A DNA stretch of 64,000 nucleotides from Pristiophorus japonicus. Lineage: Eukaryota. The notes beneath the pieces are model-generated. The model was given only the letters and a program-made list of their open reading frames with translations. It did not search any database and had not been told where the DNA came from. The stretch is from the NCBI RefSeq assembly GCF_044704955.1, contig NC_091977.1, forward strand, positions 430,838,001-430,902,000. Reading direction: 5' to 3'. The translations under genes and the position numbers were made by a program. Of this stretch, positions 1 through 12,350 are shown piece after piece. Position 1 is the first letter of the stretch. The number at the start of each line of letters is the position of its first letter.

Positions 1-620
1 TACGAGTGCTACGCGGATGCTCCACGTAGCGCTGATGTGCTACAATGCCCCTATCCTTACATTAAAGGGGAGGGTCGCTGCGTACTCTACATGGACTTTG
101 GTGGCCACCACTGCACCAACAGGGGTACATGAGACCGAGCTAGCAGCCCGGCACCTAAGACGGAGTGCCGGCTGCACAATGATGACCCGGTCCACGCAAG
201 GGCCGCCATGGTCAAACCGACCCAAGTGTCGGCCAACCAACAAAGATGGTGGCCCGGGACACTGCAGGCCTCCTCTTTAAACAACGCCCCAGAGCGGATG
301 TCCGCCAGCTTTGTGATCTGTGAAGCTGACGTTGACATCCGCCCGTGCCAGCCTCATGGCCTGTGGAGCAGTTTTGCCCCGCAGGGCGTTAAGGTGTCAG
401 CGTGGGGCAGAGAGGGGTCACATGCATGCCGATGACATCATTGTTGGTTGCACGGCGGCCCTTGGAGTTAACCGCAGGGCGCGGCGCGGCTGGGACAGTG
501 CCTCCGGGGCAATTTACAGGGAGGTGGTAGCGCCCCCTCCGCTGGGCGAAAATTGCCTTGTGTGCCATTAGTTCCCCCTGACGGCGCTAACGGAGTGCAA
601 AAAAGGGACAATTTTGCCCC
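1..620. mobile_element. GC-rich non-autonomous DNA element (probable Harbinger-derived MITE), left part outside window
   Basis: Ends in AATTTTGCCCC (reverse complement GGGGCAAAATT, the TIR class seen elsewhere in the window). Bases ~60-280 are colinear with the reverse complement of ~25325-25535, e.g. ttaaaggggagggtcgctgc vs gcagcggccctcccctttaa. Confidence 0.6.
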
Positions 621-621
621 A

Positions 622-1104
622 TTGGTCTCCTTACCTAAGGAAGGATATCCTTGCCTTTGTGAGAATGCATGAAGGTTCACCAGACTGATTCATGGGATGG
701 GGGGGATTGTCCTATGAGAGGTGATCTTATTGAAACATATAAAATTCTTACAGGGCTTAACAGGGTGGATGCTGAAATGATGTTTCCCTCCCTGAGCAGT
801 CTAGAACTAGGGGTCACAGTCTCAGAATAAGGGGTCGGGCATTTAGGATTGAGATGAGGAGAAATTTCTTCATTCAAAGTGTTGTGAATCTTTGGCATTC
901 TCTACTCTGGATGCTCAGTCGTTGAGTATATTCAAGACAGATCATTGATTTTTGGATATTAAGGGAATCTAGGGATATGGGGATAGTGAGGGAAGGTGGT
1001 GTTGAGGTAGAATATCAGCCATAATCTTATTGAATGGTGGAGCAGGTTTGAAGGGTTGAAGGGCCTAGTCCTGCTCCTATTTCTTATTTTCTTATGTTCT
1101 TATG
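622..1104 (+). mobile_element. CR1 LINE 3' fragment
   Basis: Degenerate WSPYLRKD...EMRRNFF coding, 3' hairpin (ggagcagg...cctgctcc) and (TTCTTATG)n tail. Confidence 0.9.
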
Positions 1105-1570
1105 CCTTCTTGATCGTTACAGTCCGTGTGATAAAGGTACTCCCACAGTGCAGTTAGGGAGGGATTTCCAGCCTTATGACCCAGTGACGATGAAGAAATG
1201 GCAATATATATCCAAGTCTAGATGGTGTGTGACTTGGAGGGAAAATTGGAGGTGATGGCTGCCATGCACCTTCTGCCTTTGTCCTTCTAGGTGGTAAATG
1301 TCACAGGTTTGGGAGGTGCTGTCAAAAAAGCCTTGGAGAGTTGCTACAGTGTACCTTGTAGATAGTACACACTGGAGCCACAAGTGGAGGAAGTGGACGT
1401 TTAAGGTGGTGGATGGGCTGCCTATCAAGCGGACTGCTTTGTCCTGGATGATGTTGCGCTTCTTGTATGTTGTTGCAGCTGCACCCATCCATGCAAGCGG
1501 CGAGTATTCCATCACACTCATGACTTGTGCTTTGTAGGTGGTGAAGAGGCTTTGGGGAGTCAGGAGGTTT

Positions 1571-2860
1571 ACATAAGATTACATAGGATATACAGCACAG
1601 AAACAGGCCATTTGGCCAAACCAGTCCATGCCAGTGTTTATGCTCCACTTGAGCCTCCTCCCATCTTTCCTCATCTAACTCTGTCAGCATAATCCGCTAT
1701 TCACTTCTCCCTCATATGCTTACCTTGACGGCAGCGAAGAGTGACATCATCAAGGTTCAGGTCAGTGATTGGAGCGTGGGCAGGTACAGCAGGAGTGGCG
1801 AGGTCGGGGCGAAGGAGTGGCGAGAGACTGTAGAGGGATATGATCGGGTCCCAGGAGAGGCGTAAGTTCGGGGCCAGGGGCCCAGGGGCAGCATGGGCCA
1901 GCCCACATTGCAATATGTGTGCGCACTAGGTCCGTGCAGCAGAGCAGGTCTCTAGTCATCTTGGGTAATCCTTGCCACTGGACCAAGCTCTGTCAAGCCC
2001 GTGTGGTGGCTGGTGTGCAACGGCCACCACACATTAAACAAATCCACGCACAGGCATCTCCATCCCTTCAGAATGTAGTTCAGGACCTGGAATCTTGGGT
2101 CCTTCATTGGAACACTTGTGAACTTATCCTTTTTTGGCGTGGAAGCAAGTCATCCTCATTTCGAGGGACTGCCTATGATGATGATGATGATGATATGCTT
2201 ACCTAACTGCCCCTTAAGTGCATCTATACTATTCACTTTAACCACTCCCTGTAGTAGTGAGTTCCACATTCTCACCACTCCCTGGGAAGAAGTTTCTTCT
2301 GAATTCCCTATTTACTTTTTTGGTGCCTATCTTATATTGATGGTGTCTAGTTCCCCACAAGTGGAAAAATTCTCCTCTCTATATCAAAATCTTTCATAAT
2401 TTTAAAAACCTCTATTAGGTCACCCCTCAGACTTTTTTCCAATATAAAAGAGACCCAGCCTGATATGTATAGCCTCGCATTTCTGGTATCATCCTTGTAA
2501 ATCTTCCCAGCACCCTCTCCAGAGCCTCTATATCCTTTTTATAATATGGCGACCAGAATTGTATGCAGTACTCCAAGTGTGGTCTAACCAAGGCTATATA
2601 CAGGTTTAGCATAACTTCACTACTTTTCAATTCTATCCCTCTAGAAATAAATGCTAGTGCTTGGTTTGCTTTTTTAATGGCCTTGTTAACCTGTGTCGCT
2701 ACTTTTGGTGATTTGTGTATTTGTACTCCGAGGTCACTTTGTGCTTCTACCCCCTCAGTCTCACATTCTCCAAGTAATAAGCGACCTCCCTATTCTTCCT
2801 ACCAAAATTTAATACCACACATTTATGTGTTGAAATTCATTTGCCAATTATATGCCACTC
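1571..2860 (-). mobile_element. CR1 LINE 3' fragment (interrupted by 1726-2192)
   Basis: ORF 2427-2630 LYIALVRPHLEYCIQFWSPYYKKD; tail and hairpin at 1571-1630. Confidence 0.9.
1726..2192 (+). mobile_element. Non-coding RTE-dependent retroposon (SINE-like)
   Basis: Perfect 12-bp TSD ATATGCTTACCT (1714-1725, 2193-2204). 3' end gtggaagcaagtc..cgagggactgcct(ATG)n is shared with the RTE 3' ends at 57684-57735 and 59234-59285. Confidence 0.85.
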
Positions 2861-3861
2861 ACTACAGAATACCCAACCTCTGATTTGCTCTAACAGCCAT
2901 GGAATTTATGTGACTGATCCAGTTGAGTTTCTGGTCAATGGTGACCCCCAAGATTTTCATGGTGGGGGATTTGACGATGGTAATGCCACTGAATGTCAAA
3001 GGCAGATGATTACACTCTCTCTTGGTGGAGATTCCCACTATCTTGCACTTGTGTGGCGCGAATGTTACTTGCCATTTATCAGCCCAAACCTGGATGTTAT
3101 GTAGTTCTTGCTTCATGTGGGCATGGGTTGCTTCCTTATCTGAGGAATTGCGAATGGAACTGAACACTATGTAATCATCAGCAAACAGCCTCACTTCAGA
3201 TTTTATGATGGAGGGAAGGTAATTGATGAAGCAGCTGAAGATAGTTGGGCCTTAGACGCTGCCTTGAAGAACTCCTGCAACAATATTCTAGGGCTGAGCT
3301 GATTGGCCACCAACAACCACAACCATTCTCCTTTGTGCTTGGTATGACTCCAGCCACTAGAAAGTTTCCCCCCAATCCGCATTTATTTCAGTTTTACTAG
3401 GGCTCCTTGGTGCAACACCAACACCAAGGCCAGTCACTCTCACCTAACCTCTGGAATGCAGCTCTTTTGTCCATATTTTGATCATGATTGTAATGAGGTC
3501 TGGAGCTGAGTGGACCTGACAGAACCCAAACTGAGCATCACTGAGCAAGTTATTATTAAGTGAGTGCCGCTTGATAACACTGTTGACAACTCCTTCCATC
3601 ACTTTGCTAATGATCGAGAGTAGGCTGATGGCATTAAATTTGCAAACATCTGAAGTGCCAATGCTAACAAATATTGGTGTTCTGATTCAGGATATTTTCA
3701 TTAATCAGGCAACTGAGAAGTCATGTATAAAACTCCAGGACCACAAAATTCAAACAGAACAAGAAATGCAAGATTGAGTTGTCTGGGCTTTATGGCCTGA
3801 TTTCCCGATCTTGGAGCTATTGTTAGAACACCTCTGCTCTAATGTGAATGTAAAGTGAATC

Positions 3862-4170
3862 TTTTTTTATTCATTCATGGGATATGGGCGTCGCTGGGAA
3901 AGTGCCTTGAGAAGGTGGTGGTGAGCCGCCTTCTTGACAACTACGTGGCTTGCTGGGCCATTTCAGAGGGCAGTTATGAGTCAGCCACAGTGCTGTGAAT
4001 CTGGAGTCATGTATAGGCCAGACCGAGTAAAGACGGCAGATTTCCTTCCCTAAAGGACATTAGTGAACCAGATGGGTTTTTACACCAGTTCAGTCATTAC
4101 ATGGTCACCATTAATGGTACTAGCTTTTTTTTGAATTCCAGATTTATCTAATTAACTGAATTTACATTCC
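3862..4170 (-). mobile_element. SINE (probably tRNA-derived; head truncated)
   Basis: Minus strand reads ggttcactaatgtcctttagggaaggaaatctgccgtc...cccatgaatgaataaaaaaa, recalled as a common shark SINE body with an A-rich tail. Confidence 0.65.
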
Positions 4171-4401
4171 TGAAAATAAAACTTTTTTTATGAAGTATAT
4201 ATTATAATAAAGGTTATTTTTATCCTTTTTTTTGACATTTTTGAAGTTAAATTGATTCATTTAGTGGGTTTAAAGATGAGTTACATCCTGATTCTGTTAA
4301 TTTTTGTCTATATAAATGAAATTATTTGAAGTTCTGTTTTTATCAATCATATTTAATACAGTAGGCTAATTGTGTTTCATGTCTGTTTTTTCCCAATGCA
4401 G

Positions 4402-4581
4402 TCACCTGCACACAGCTATTCTAGCTATGAGTCTCTCAGAAATGAAAGTTTAGGAGGTTGCCCCGAAGATCTGACTGTGAGTAGAGCTATTGAAGATGAT
4501 GATGACCAGGATGACCATGATGATGTTGAGAAGATAATTGACTCAGATGGAGCAGAATCTGAACGCCTTAAAGCTTTTAAT
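4402..4581 (+). CDS. NOL4: NOL4-family coding exon (SPAHSYSSY...ERLKAFN), 180 bp, phase 0-0
   Basis: Acceptor ttttcccaatgcag, donor gtaagt. The 60 aa match the acidic segment recalled from NOL4/NOL4L and splice in frame to 32335. Confidence 0.9.
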
Positions 4582-5604
4582 GTAAGTAACACTTGGGTTT
4601 TCAATGTGTATGCTCCTGAAACTATGTACTTCTGCACAATAGTGTTTGTAAGCATGTCATTTTTTTCCAAAAGTAATACCCAAGTAATTTTTCCACACTT
4701 TTAGTAGAATCATAGGAATTGCAGCATGAAAGGAGACCATTTCACTCACTGTGGCTGTGCGAGTGCTAGCTTTTCAACTTGGAGCTATCTACTTTATGTC
4801 CATTTCCCTGCCCAATCCCATATCTCTTTATATATTCTTCCTTTTCAAAGACTTATACAGTTTTATTTTAAAGAAAAGTCTCTGCCTTAATAGTTACTTG
4901 TGGTACAACATTCCATATTCTAATAATCTTCTGTGCGAAAATATTTATTTCAACTTTTCCTTTGTTCTTCAAGTGATAATCCTCAGTACATGCTTCCTTA
5001 TTGCTGATTAACTAACCCGTGGAAACAACCTTTCACTATTTACCTCCTCAAAAGCTTTCATAATTGTGGAAACCTCTGTTGAACCCCTGATTAACTTGCT
5101 CTGTTCAATGAAAAACCAAAACAATTTTCAAGCCTTTCTTCATAACTATAATAGGCCTGAATTTACAATCAGAGGCTTCCCGTGGGTGGATGCCTCCGAA
5201 CCACAATAAAACTACGCACCTATCTTATGATCCTGGATCCATAAAGACTCGCACTCCTCGGCCTCTACGCGTACACATGCATAGAGGCCCACATATCCCA
5301 GGGGCGCATACGGTTCGCAAGCGCCCCGAGGATCATGTGGGCCAGCCCAACCAACCAGAAAGAGGATTACCATTATGCTTATGGGGATTCCATTTATGTA
5401 CGGAATCCCCATAAGCTGAATAGGAATCACCCAAAAATTACATTTTAACAAAACTGAAATTTAAAAAAAATCATTACATGTTTAACATTAATTAAATATT
5501 AATTAAATACAATTTAATTAAATATTTGAAACAGTAATTCTTTGAAAACTAAATGTAAACATTTCTCAAGGGGCCATAACACAAACTTATTTTACAGGTT
5601 TTTA

Positions 5605-7135
5605 CATAAGAACACAAGAAATAGGAGCAGGAGTAGGCCATTTGGCCACTCATGCCTGCTCCGCCATTCAATAAAATCATGACTGATCTGATCTTGGCCT
5701 CAACTCCTTTTACCTGCCCGCTCCCCATAATCCTTGACTCCCTTATCATTCAAAAATCTGTCTATCTCCACCTTAAATACATTCAATGACCCCGCCTCCA
5801 CAGCTCTCTGGGGTAGAGAATTCCAAGGATTCACGACCCAGTGAGAGAAGAAATTCCTCCTCATTTCTGTTTTAAATGGGCGACCCCTTATTCTGAAACT
5901 ATGCCCGCTAGTTCTAGATTCACCCACGAGGGGAAACATTCTCTCTGCATCTACCCTGTCAAGCCCCCTCAGAATCTTATATGTTTCAATAAAATCACCT
6001 CTCATTCTTCTAAACTCCAATGAGTATAGGCCCAACCTTCTCAACCTTTTTTCATAAGACAATCCCTTCATCTCAGGATTTAACCTCATGAACCTTCTCT
6101 GAACTTCCTCCAATGCAAATATATTCCTCCTTAAATAAGGAGACCAAAACTGTACACAATACTCCAGATGTGGTCTCACCAACACCCTGTACAGCTGTAG
6201 CAGGACTTACATACTTTTATACTCCATCCCCCTTGCAATAAAGGCCAACATTCCATTTGCCTTCCTAATTAATTGCTGTACCTGAATACTAACTTTTGTG
6301 TTTCATGTACAAGGACCTCCAGATCCCTCTGTACCTCAGCATTTGGTAATCTCTCCCCATTTAAATAATAATTTGCTTTTTTATTTTTCCTACCAAAGTG
6401 GATAACCTCACATTTTCCCACATTATACTCCATCTGCCAAATCTTTGTCCATTCACTTAGCCTATTTATATTCCTTTGCATATTCTTTGTGTCCTCCTCA
6501 CAACTTGCTTTCCCACCTATGTTTGTATCATTAGCAAATTTGGCTACATTAAACTCGGTCTCTTCATCCAAGTCATTAATATAGATTATAAATAGTTGAG
6601 GCCCTTGCACTGATCCTTGTGGCACGCCACTAGTTACTGTTTGCCAACCGGAAAATGAGCCATTTATCCCGACTCTCTGTTTTCTGTTAGTTAGCTGATC
6701 CTCTATCCATGCTAATATATTACCCCCAACCCTGTGAGCTCTTATCTTGTGCAGTAACCTTTTATGTTCCGGAGCCGGGGGGTGGCACACTCTTGGGATG
6801 AGGGGTGGGCTGTTTGGGGCTGGGATTGGGAGAGACTTCTTCACTTGGGGAGTTGTTGGCCTGGGGGGTTCCCTGCCGCGGAGAGTTGTTGATGCCAGTT
6901 CATTGGATGTGTTCAGGAGGGAGTTGGATGTGGTCCTTGCGGCTGGGGGAGTCGGGGAGTGTGTGGAGGGGGCGTGTGGGGGAGGTGCTGGGGTGGGTGA
7001 TCAGCCATGATCTTGTTGAATGGCGGTGCAGGCTCGAAGGGCCAAATGGCCTACTCCTGCACCTATTTTCTATGTTTTTATGTTTCTATGTAGCACCTTA
7101 TCGAATGTCTTCTGGAAAATCCAAATATACAACAC
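5605..7135 (-). mobile_element. CR1 LINE 3' ~1.2 kb (RT), interrupted by 6768-7091
   Basis: ORFs 6269-6844 (GVPQGS, KFAND) and 5700-6185. Tail at 5605-5625. Sequence resumes after 7091 (agcaccttatcgaatg). Confidence 0.92.
6768..7091 (+). mobile_element. CR1 3' fragment with massive A-to-G hypermutation
   Basis: Colinear with CR1 19558-19870 but about 40 A positions are G. The 3' hairpin and (TTCTATGT)n tail are intact. Confidence 0.9.
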
Positions 7136-8629
7136 CTGCTGAATGTTTTTAAATGTTAAAATTATTTTAATATTTATTTTCACCCTTACACTGGTAAAAG
7201 AAGGCCTTACGCCTGCTTCTACCAGGTGTAAGAGTTTCATGGGTATTCGCTTGTCAAGGGTTGAGCAAATAGCTCAACTCTCCAGAGGCGAATGTCCATT
7301 TGCTGGGGATGCAGAGCATCTGTCAAGAAGATTCTTGACAGATCGCAAGCTCTGTGTTTTCATGCATGTGCAGCGCATGCGTAAACCCGGAACTTGTGAG
7401 GCATTTATGGCCGCTTACGCACCGCGAACATAGTCATAGGCACGAGAAAATCCAGGCCAATATCTAATTCCTGGTATAATTTTAGTGAATCTTCATTGTG
7501 TGCTTTCTATGGTTCTAATATCCTTCTAGTAAAGGGATGAACAGAACTTCACATAATGGACTATGGACTAACAAATGTCCTATACAAATTGAACATAATA
7601 TTCTTGCTTTTGTATTCAGTGAGCCAGTATATATAAACCAGAACTCTATTTGCCACCTTTATTGCTTTTGTACCTGTACTCCCACCATTAAAGATTCTGA
7701 TCTATATTTGTGGTAAGAGACATTATAACATTATATAGTACAAATTCATAAAATATACCTTCACATTTAGCTTTTAGACTCTGGCAGAAATGATTTAATT
7801 GCGCTATTGTGTGGTGAACTGTCTTTGCATCTGTCATTAATGGCAACAAAACACAGGAATGCACGTCAAAATGTTATCCAGCCAGGACAAAAGACATTTT
7901 GCCTGTTTTTTTGCTTTTCCATTGTTAGATAAAAAGAGGATGGGTGGTTATAGAGAATTAACAATGGTTATGGCTGTGTAACCAGATTGATCACAATATA
8001 AACTGTGATATGAAATTCAAATGTTTGATGTAGATTCCAAACCCAGTGAACCTGTGACAACTTGGAACACACTCTCAAACAGTTTATTTTATAATGGTTT
8101 ACAATGTTGGACTTTTTCCATTGTAATTTTTTGGCAGTTATCTTGTTATCAACAGTAGACACCATGCCTGAATATTGACTGCAGCTGTATGTCACATGAC
8201 AAGAGGGGGAATTATTCCACCACATTAGAATTATATTTCAAATGATAGAGACAGTAATACATGCTGAAGTCAGGGAGCTTCACTTTATGCCCATAATTTT
8301 CTATTCATTGATTACAGTGGATAGAAAAACTACGGGTAGAGCACCGCGATTTTCTGATGTGTGGTGGAAGAAATTCAGCACTATCAGCGTGTTCTAGGGA
8401 AATTACTCCCTGTGTGCTTAATTGAGAAATAATAGTTTGTTTTACAGATATAATGGGCACATTTTCCTGAGATCCTGTATCTTGCATGTAGTGGATGGTT
8501 TGTCAGAAAATCATGGTTCCACTGTCCACAATTTCCACCCTTTAATTTCAATGGACAGAGAATCCCAGGCAGTGCCACCCATAATTTTCCAATAAACCAC
8601 CTGCTGAATGCAAGGCTCTGTTAATGACA

Positions 8630-9025
8630 GAGTCTCAGGGCCATCTCTTCTCCTTCCATTCCCTCAACTCTTCTCCCCTCCCTCCAACTTCCCTTCTATC
8701 CCTCCCCCCCCGCCTCACCAACTCCTTCTTCCTCTACCCCCATCCACCTACCTCCTTCCTCTTCCCAATTGCTACCTTCTTCCCCTCCTCTCCCTCTATC
8801 TCACCCCTCACTCTCCCCTCTCTTGTCTTTCCCTTTCCCTCCCCCTCTGTCTATTCCATCTCTTTTCCCCTCTCTCAATCCGTCTTCTACTCCCTTCCCC
8901 CTCGCACATCCCTTATCTCTTGCCTCCCCCCCACCCCCCACACACACCCCCCCCCCCCCCCACCTCCCACCTTCTCCCTTCCCCTCACCCTTCTCTTCTT
9001 TCCCATCATCCTTTTTCTCTCCTCC
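8630..9025. repeat. Polypyrimidine (C/T-rich) low-complexity tract
   Basis: About 400 bp almost entirely C/T, including a long C run at ~8948-8961. Confidence 0.85.
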
Positions 9026-9427
9026 AACTAAAATAATTTTGGTGCATAACTTGCTCAGCTTGGGGAGTAGGGGGCCAGGACAATTTAGTTATGGGGTTGG
9101 TGGAAACTCACACAATGACTTGGCCAACAGAGAAAGCCATATTTGCAGGGACCCTTGCTCAGGGGTGAGCGGGCACTCAAAATAAATGTACTTAATGGAG
9201 CAGACGGAGATTCAAAATAACTTGTTCAGGGGTAGGAGGTAGGATTGTTTGAATCAAAAGTAACTAACTTAACAGGTGAGGAAGTGAGGGGAAAAAAAAT
9301 CAGCCACTGGAATGAAAGTTCTGCTGAGCTATGCTGCTGGAGGACAACTACTATTTTCTTTTTATGGAGCAGATGAAAGATCAAACCTGGAACTAATACA
9401 ATGTTAACTGCTATGCTTCAACAGACA

Positions 9428-12350
9428 CAACAACTTACATTTATATATGAACTCTAATGTAGAAAAGCATTCCAGTGTTCTTCAGAGTGACATACAAAAA
9501 TGGAAGCTCAATCAAAGAAGAAGATATTGGGAGGGATAACCAAAAGCTAGGTCAAAGAGGTGGATTTTAAGGAGGGTGTTAAAGGAGGAGAGGAAGGTGG
9601 AAAGGCAGAGGAGATTATGAAGGGAATTCCAGGGCATGGGGCCTAGATAGTTCAAGGTGCGGCTGCCAGTAGTGGGGCAAAATGAGGGGAAGAATAAAAG
9701 ACAAGCGTTGGAGCAGCAGAAAGTTCTGGAAGGGTTAGAGGGCTGAAGGAGGTAGAGATAAAGTGAGGGTCAAGGCCATGAAGAGATTTAAACACAAAGA
9801 TGAGAATTTTAAATTGGAAGCATTGGAGACTCGGAAGTCAATGTAGGTCAGTGAGGACAGGAGTGATGGGTTGGTGGAGCTTTGCTCAGGATAGAGTATG
9901 GTATTAGAGTTTTGGATGAGCTGCAGCTTATAGAGCATGGAAGATGTGAGGCTACATAGGAAAGAATTTAAATAGTCAAGTTAGGAGGTGACAAAGACAT
10001 GGATGAGAGTTCAGGCAGAAGTGAGCGGTCATGTGATGGAGAGGGTATAGGATCAGGGTCGCATATGATTCTGTAGTTCTGAACTATTTGGTTCAGCTTG
10101 AGACACTGGCTGGGGAGGAAGATGAAATTTAAGGCAAGGGTACAGAGTTTGTGGTAGGGGCCAATGTCGATGGCTTTGGTCTTACAGATAGAGGAAATTA
10201 CAGCTCATTCAATACTGGATGTCAGACAAGCAATCTGAAAAATCATATAGTGGAAAGATAGGGCTAGGTACTGTCAGTATACACGTCTTTGAATAATGTC
10301 TCCAATGGGCAGCATGTAGATGAAAAAGAGGAGGGGGCCAAGGATAGATCCTTGGGGGCTCCTGAGCTAACTGAATGGGAAGAGAAGCCAGTGCTGGGGA
10401 TTCGCTGTTTACAATTCAATCGGTAAGAGTGGAACCAAGTAAGACCAATTGGCAGCAGGGTCGAGAACCAGAGGACACAGATTTAAGGTGATTGGCAAAA
10501 GAACCAAAGGCGATGTAAGAAAATAACTTTTTTTACACAGTGAGTGGTTGGGTTCTGGAGTGCACTGCCTGAAAGGGTGGTGGAGGCAGACTCAATCTTA
10601 TCTTTCAAAAGGGAGTTGGATAAATACCTGAAAGAAAGAAAATTGCAGGGTTACAGGGAAAGAGCAGGGGAGTGGGCCTAGCTGAGAGTTGGCACGGGCT
10701 CAATGGCCCGAATGGCCTTCTTCCGTGCTGTAACCATTCTATGAGTGATCCCACTGTGCCAGACAATGGAGCAGAAGCATTGGTGGAGATCGACTGTGTC
10801 ACAGGCTGCAGAGAGACCGAGGAAGATGAGAGGAAAAAAATACACCATGATCACAGTTATAGAGGATGTCATTTGTGACTTTGATTAGGGTAATTTCAGT
10901 GCTGTAGCAGGGGTGGAAACTTGATTGAATAGATTTAAACATGGAGTTGTGGGAAAGATGGGCACGGACTTAAGAGGCAACAAGTTCAAGAACTTTTTTG
11001 CGGGGTGGGGGGGGGGGGGTGTGTGCGGAGGGGTGATGATGATGGCTTTGAGGAGAAGGGAAACATTTACCATGTCAGCTAGCATGGGAGCCAGGAAGAG
11101 AAGTTGGGTATCCAGCAGTCTAATTGGAATGGGGTCAAGGGAGCAGGCGGTGAGTCTCATGCACATTGAGTTTGGAGAAGGCATGAGGGAAGATAGGAGA
11201 GAAACTAAAGAAAAATGCAGACTCAGGGCTAAAGCAGGGGGAACCTGAGGAAAGGTTTGGTTTGGTGGGCAAGGTCAAGGGGAAAGCAGCAGAGCCGGCT
11301 GAACTGTTGATTTTAATCTTAGTGACAAAGAAGTTAGTGAGCTCCTCACACTGGTGATGGGGCAGGGAACAGGAGTTTAAGGAAATTGTTGGTAGTGGAG
11401 AAAAGAATCCAGTGTTTATGTTTGCTCTCCGGAGTAGTGGGCAATTTTGGCAGAGGAGAATGAAGCTTGATGTGGTCCCGATCAGGTGATGAATGGCAAA
11501 ACCAGTTCTGCATCAAGATAGGCTCAAGCTAGCACACTTTAGACCAGGGGCACTGACTAGGATGGGAGGGAGTAAAGATTTATTGGGCATTAGTGGACCA
11601 ACAGTGGATGTGAGGGAGATCTGACAACTGCAGAATTATCGTGATAAATCCAAGACCAAAGTCTAGGGAGTTAGTAGCTTGAAAGTGCAATTGTAAATGA
11701 GATGGGGAAGCATTTTTTACAGGGGTAGATGCAGAAGGAAGTGGGGATTTCAAGAGGGAAGGGGGATTATGGGGTGGTGAGGGTTACAATAAAGTGCTCG
11801 GAGATGGCCTTATCTCTGGTCAAAATCATGGGAATAGAGAGGCCACATGAGATGGCAAGGTGAAGGGGATGGCCGTGAATAGGGGTAGGGGAGTTTCTGT
11901 GGAGGGAGAGGTTTAGTGAGAACTGGAAGGCAGTGAAATCAGAGGGGAGAGGGCAAGGTAAGTTGAGATGGAGATTGAAATCACTGAGGATGAGGAGATT
12001 TGAGGAAGGAAAGGAGGGACGATATCTCATAGAGAGACTTGGGATAGGGCTTGAGAGGGCAATAAAAAATGAGAATTTTAAAGAAAGGCAAGCTGGGTGG
12101 AACAAGGAAATGTGCTCAAAGGAGAAAGGGCCAAGATGGCACCACAGTGGTTTGGGTGGGGCAGGTGGTGGATCGTAAAGTGGGGCGGGTTCAGTAAGGG
12201 CTAGATGTTGCTGCCCATGAGCCAAGATTCCGTCAAAGCCAGCATGTCAATGCAAGGGTCCATAATAATGTCTTGGATGGCAAGGACCTTGTTCACAAAT
12301 AAATAGACATTCTGAAGGCAATGCGGAGGGGGTGGTTATTGTTAGCAGAG
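9428..12350 (-). mobile_element. L2-clade LINE, degenerate (APE endonuclease plus RT)
   Basis: Minus-strand APE motifs (ILSDFNLH, HGHPLHL, ISEH; 11767-12225) and RT linker CSLDPIP (10885-11184). Antisense L2-type tail caacaacttacatttatat at 9428. Confidence 0.8.
10450..10745 (+). mobile_element. CR1 3' fragment inside L2
   Basis: agaaccagaggacacagatttaagg...ggcccgaatggccttcttccgtgctgtaaccattctatga. Confidence 0.88.

Larger units (their letters stand above)
1105..3627 (-). mobile_element. LINE reverse-transcriptase remnant of a second family (CR1/Jockey-group like), split by the 1571-2860 insertion
   Basis: Minus-strand ORFs RLFADD...QVWADKWQVTFAPHKC (2862-3194) and MEYSPLAWMGAA...QDKAVRLI (1174-1521) are consecutive parts of a LINE RT and its C-terminus. 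Confidence 0.8.
5153..7458. mobile_element. Harbinger-type MITE, interrupted by CR1 5605-7135
   Basis: TIRs AGGCCTGAATTT / AAAATCCAGGCC, flanked by AAT on both sides. Internal hairpin atctgtcaag..cttgacagat. Homologous in reverse orientation to 45105-45868. Confidence 0.75.
4705..7700 (-). mobile_element. Old, degenerate CR1 3' fragment split by the 5153-7458 MITE
   Basis: Tail at 4705-4740. ctttcttcataactataat | atctaattcctggtataattttagtgaatc rejoins across the MITE as antisense CR1. Confidence 0.65.

Noticed and set aside
6768-7015. APOBEC editing or simple G-rich low complexity as the explanation
   Set aside because: The change is A-to-G on the element's sense strand, and the alignment to CR1 is colinear.
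8608-9185. Pro/Ser/Leu-rich ORFs in three frames
   Set aside because: Artefact of a stop-free C/T low-complexity tract.
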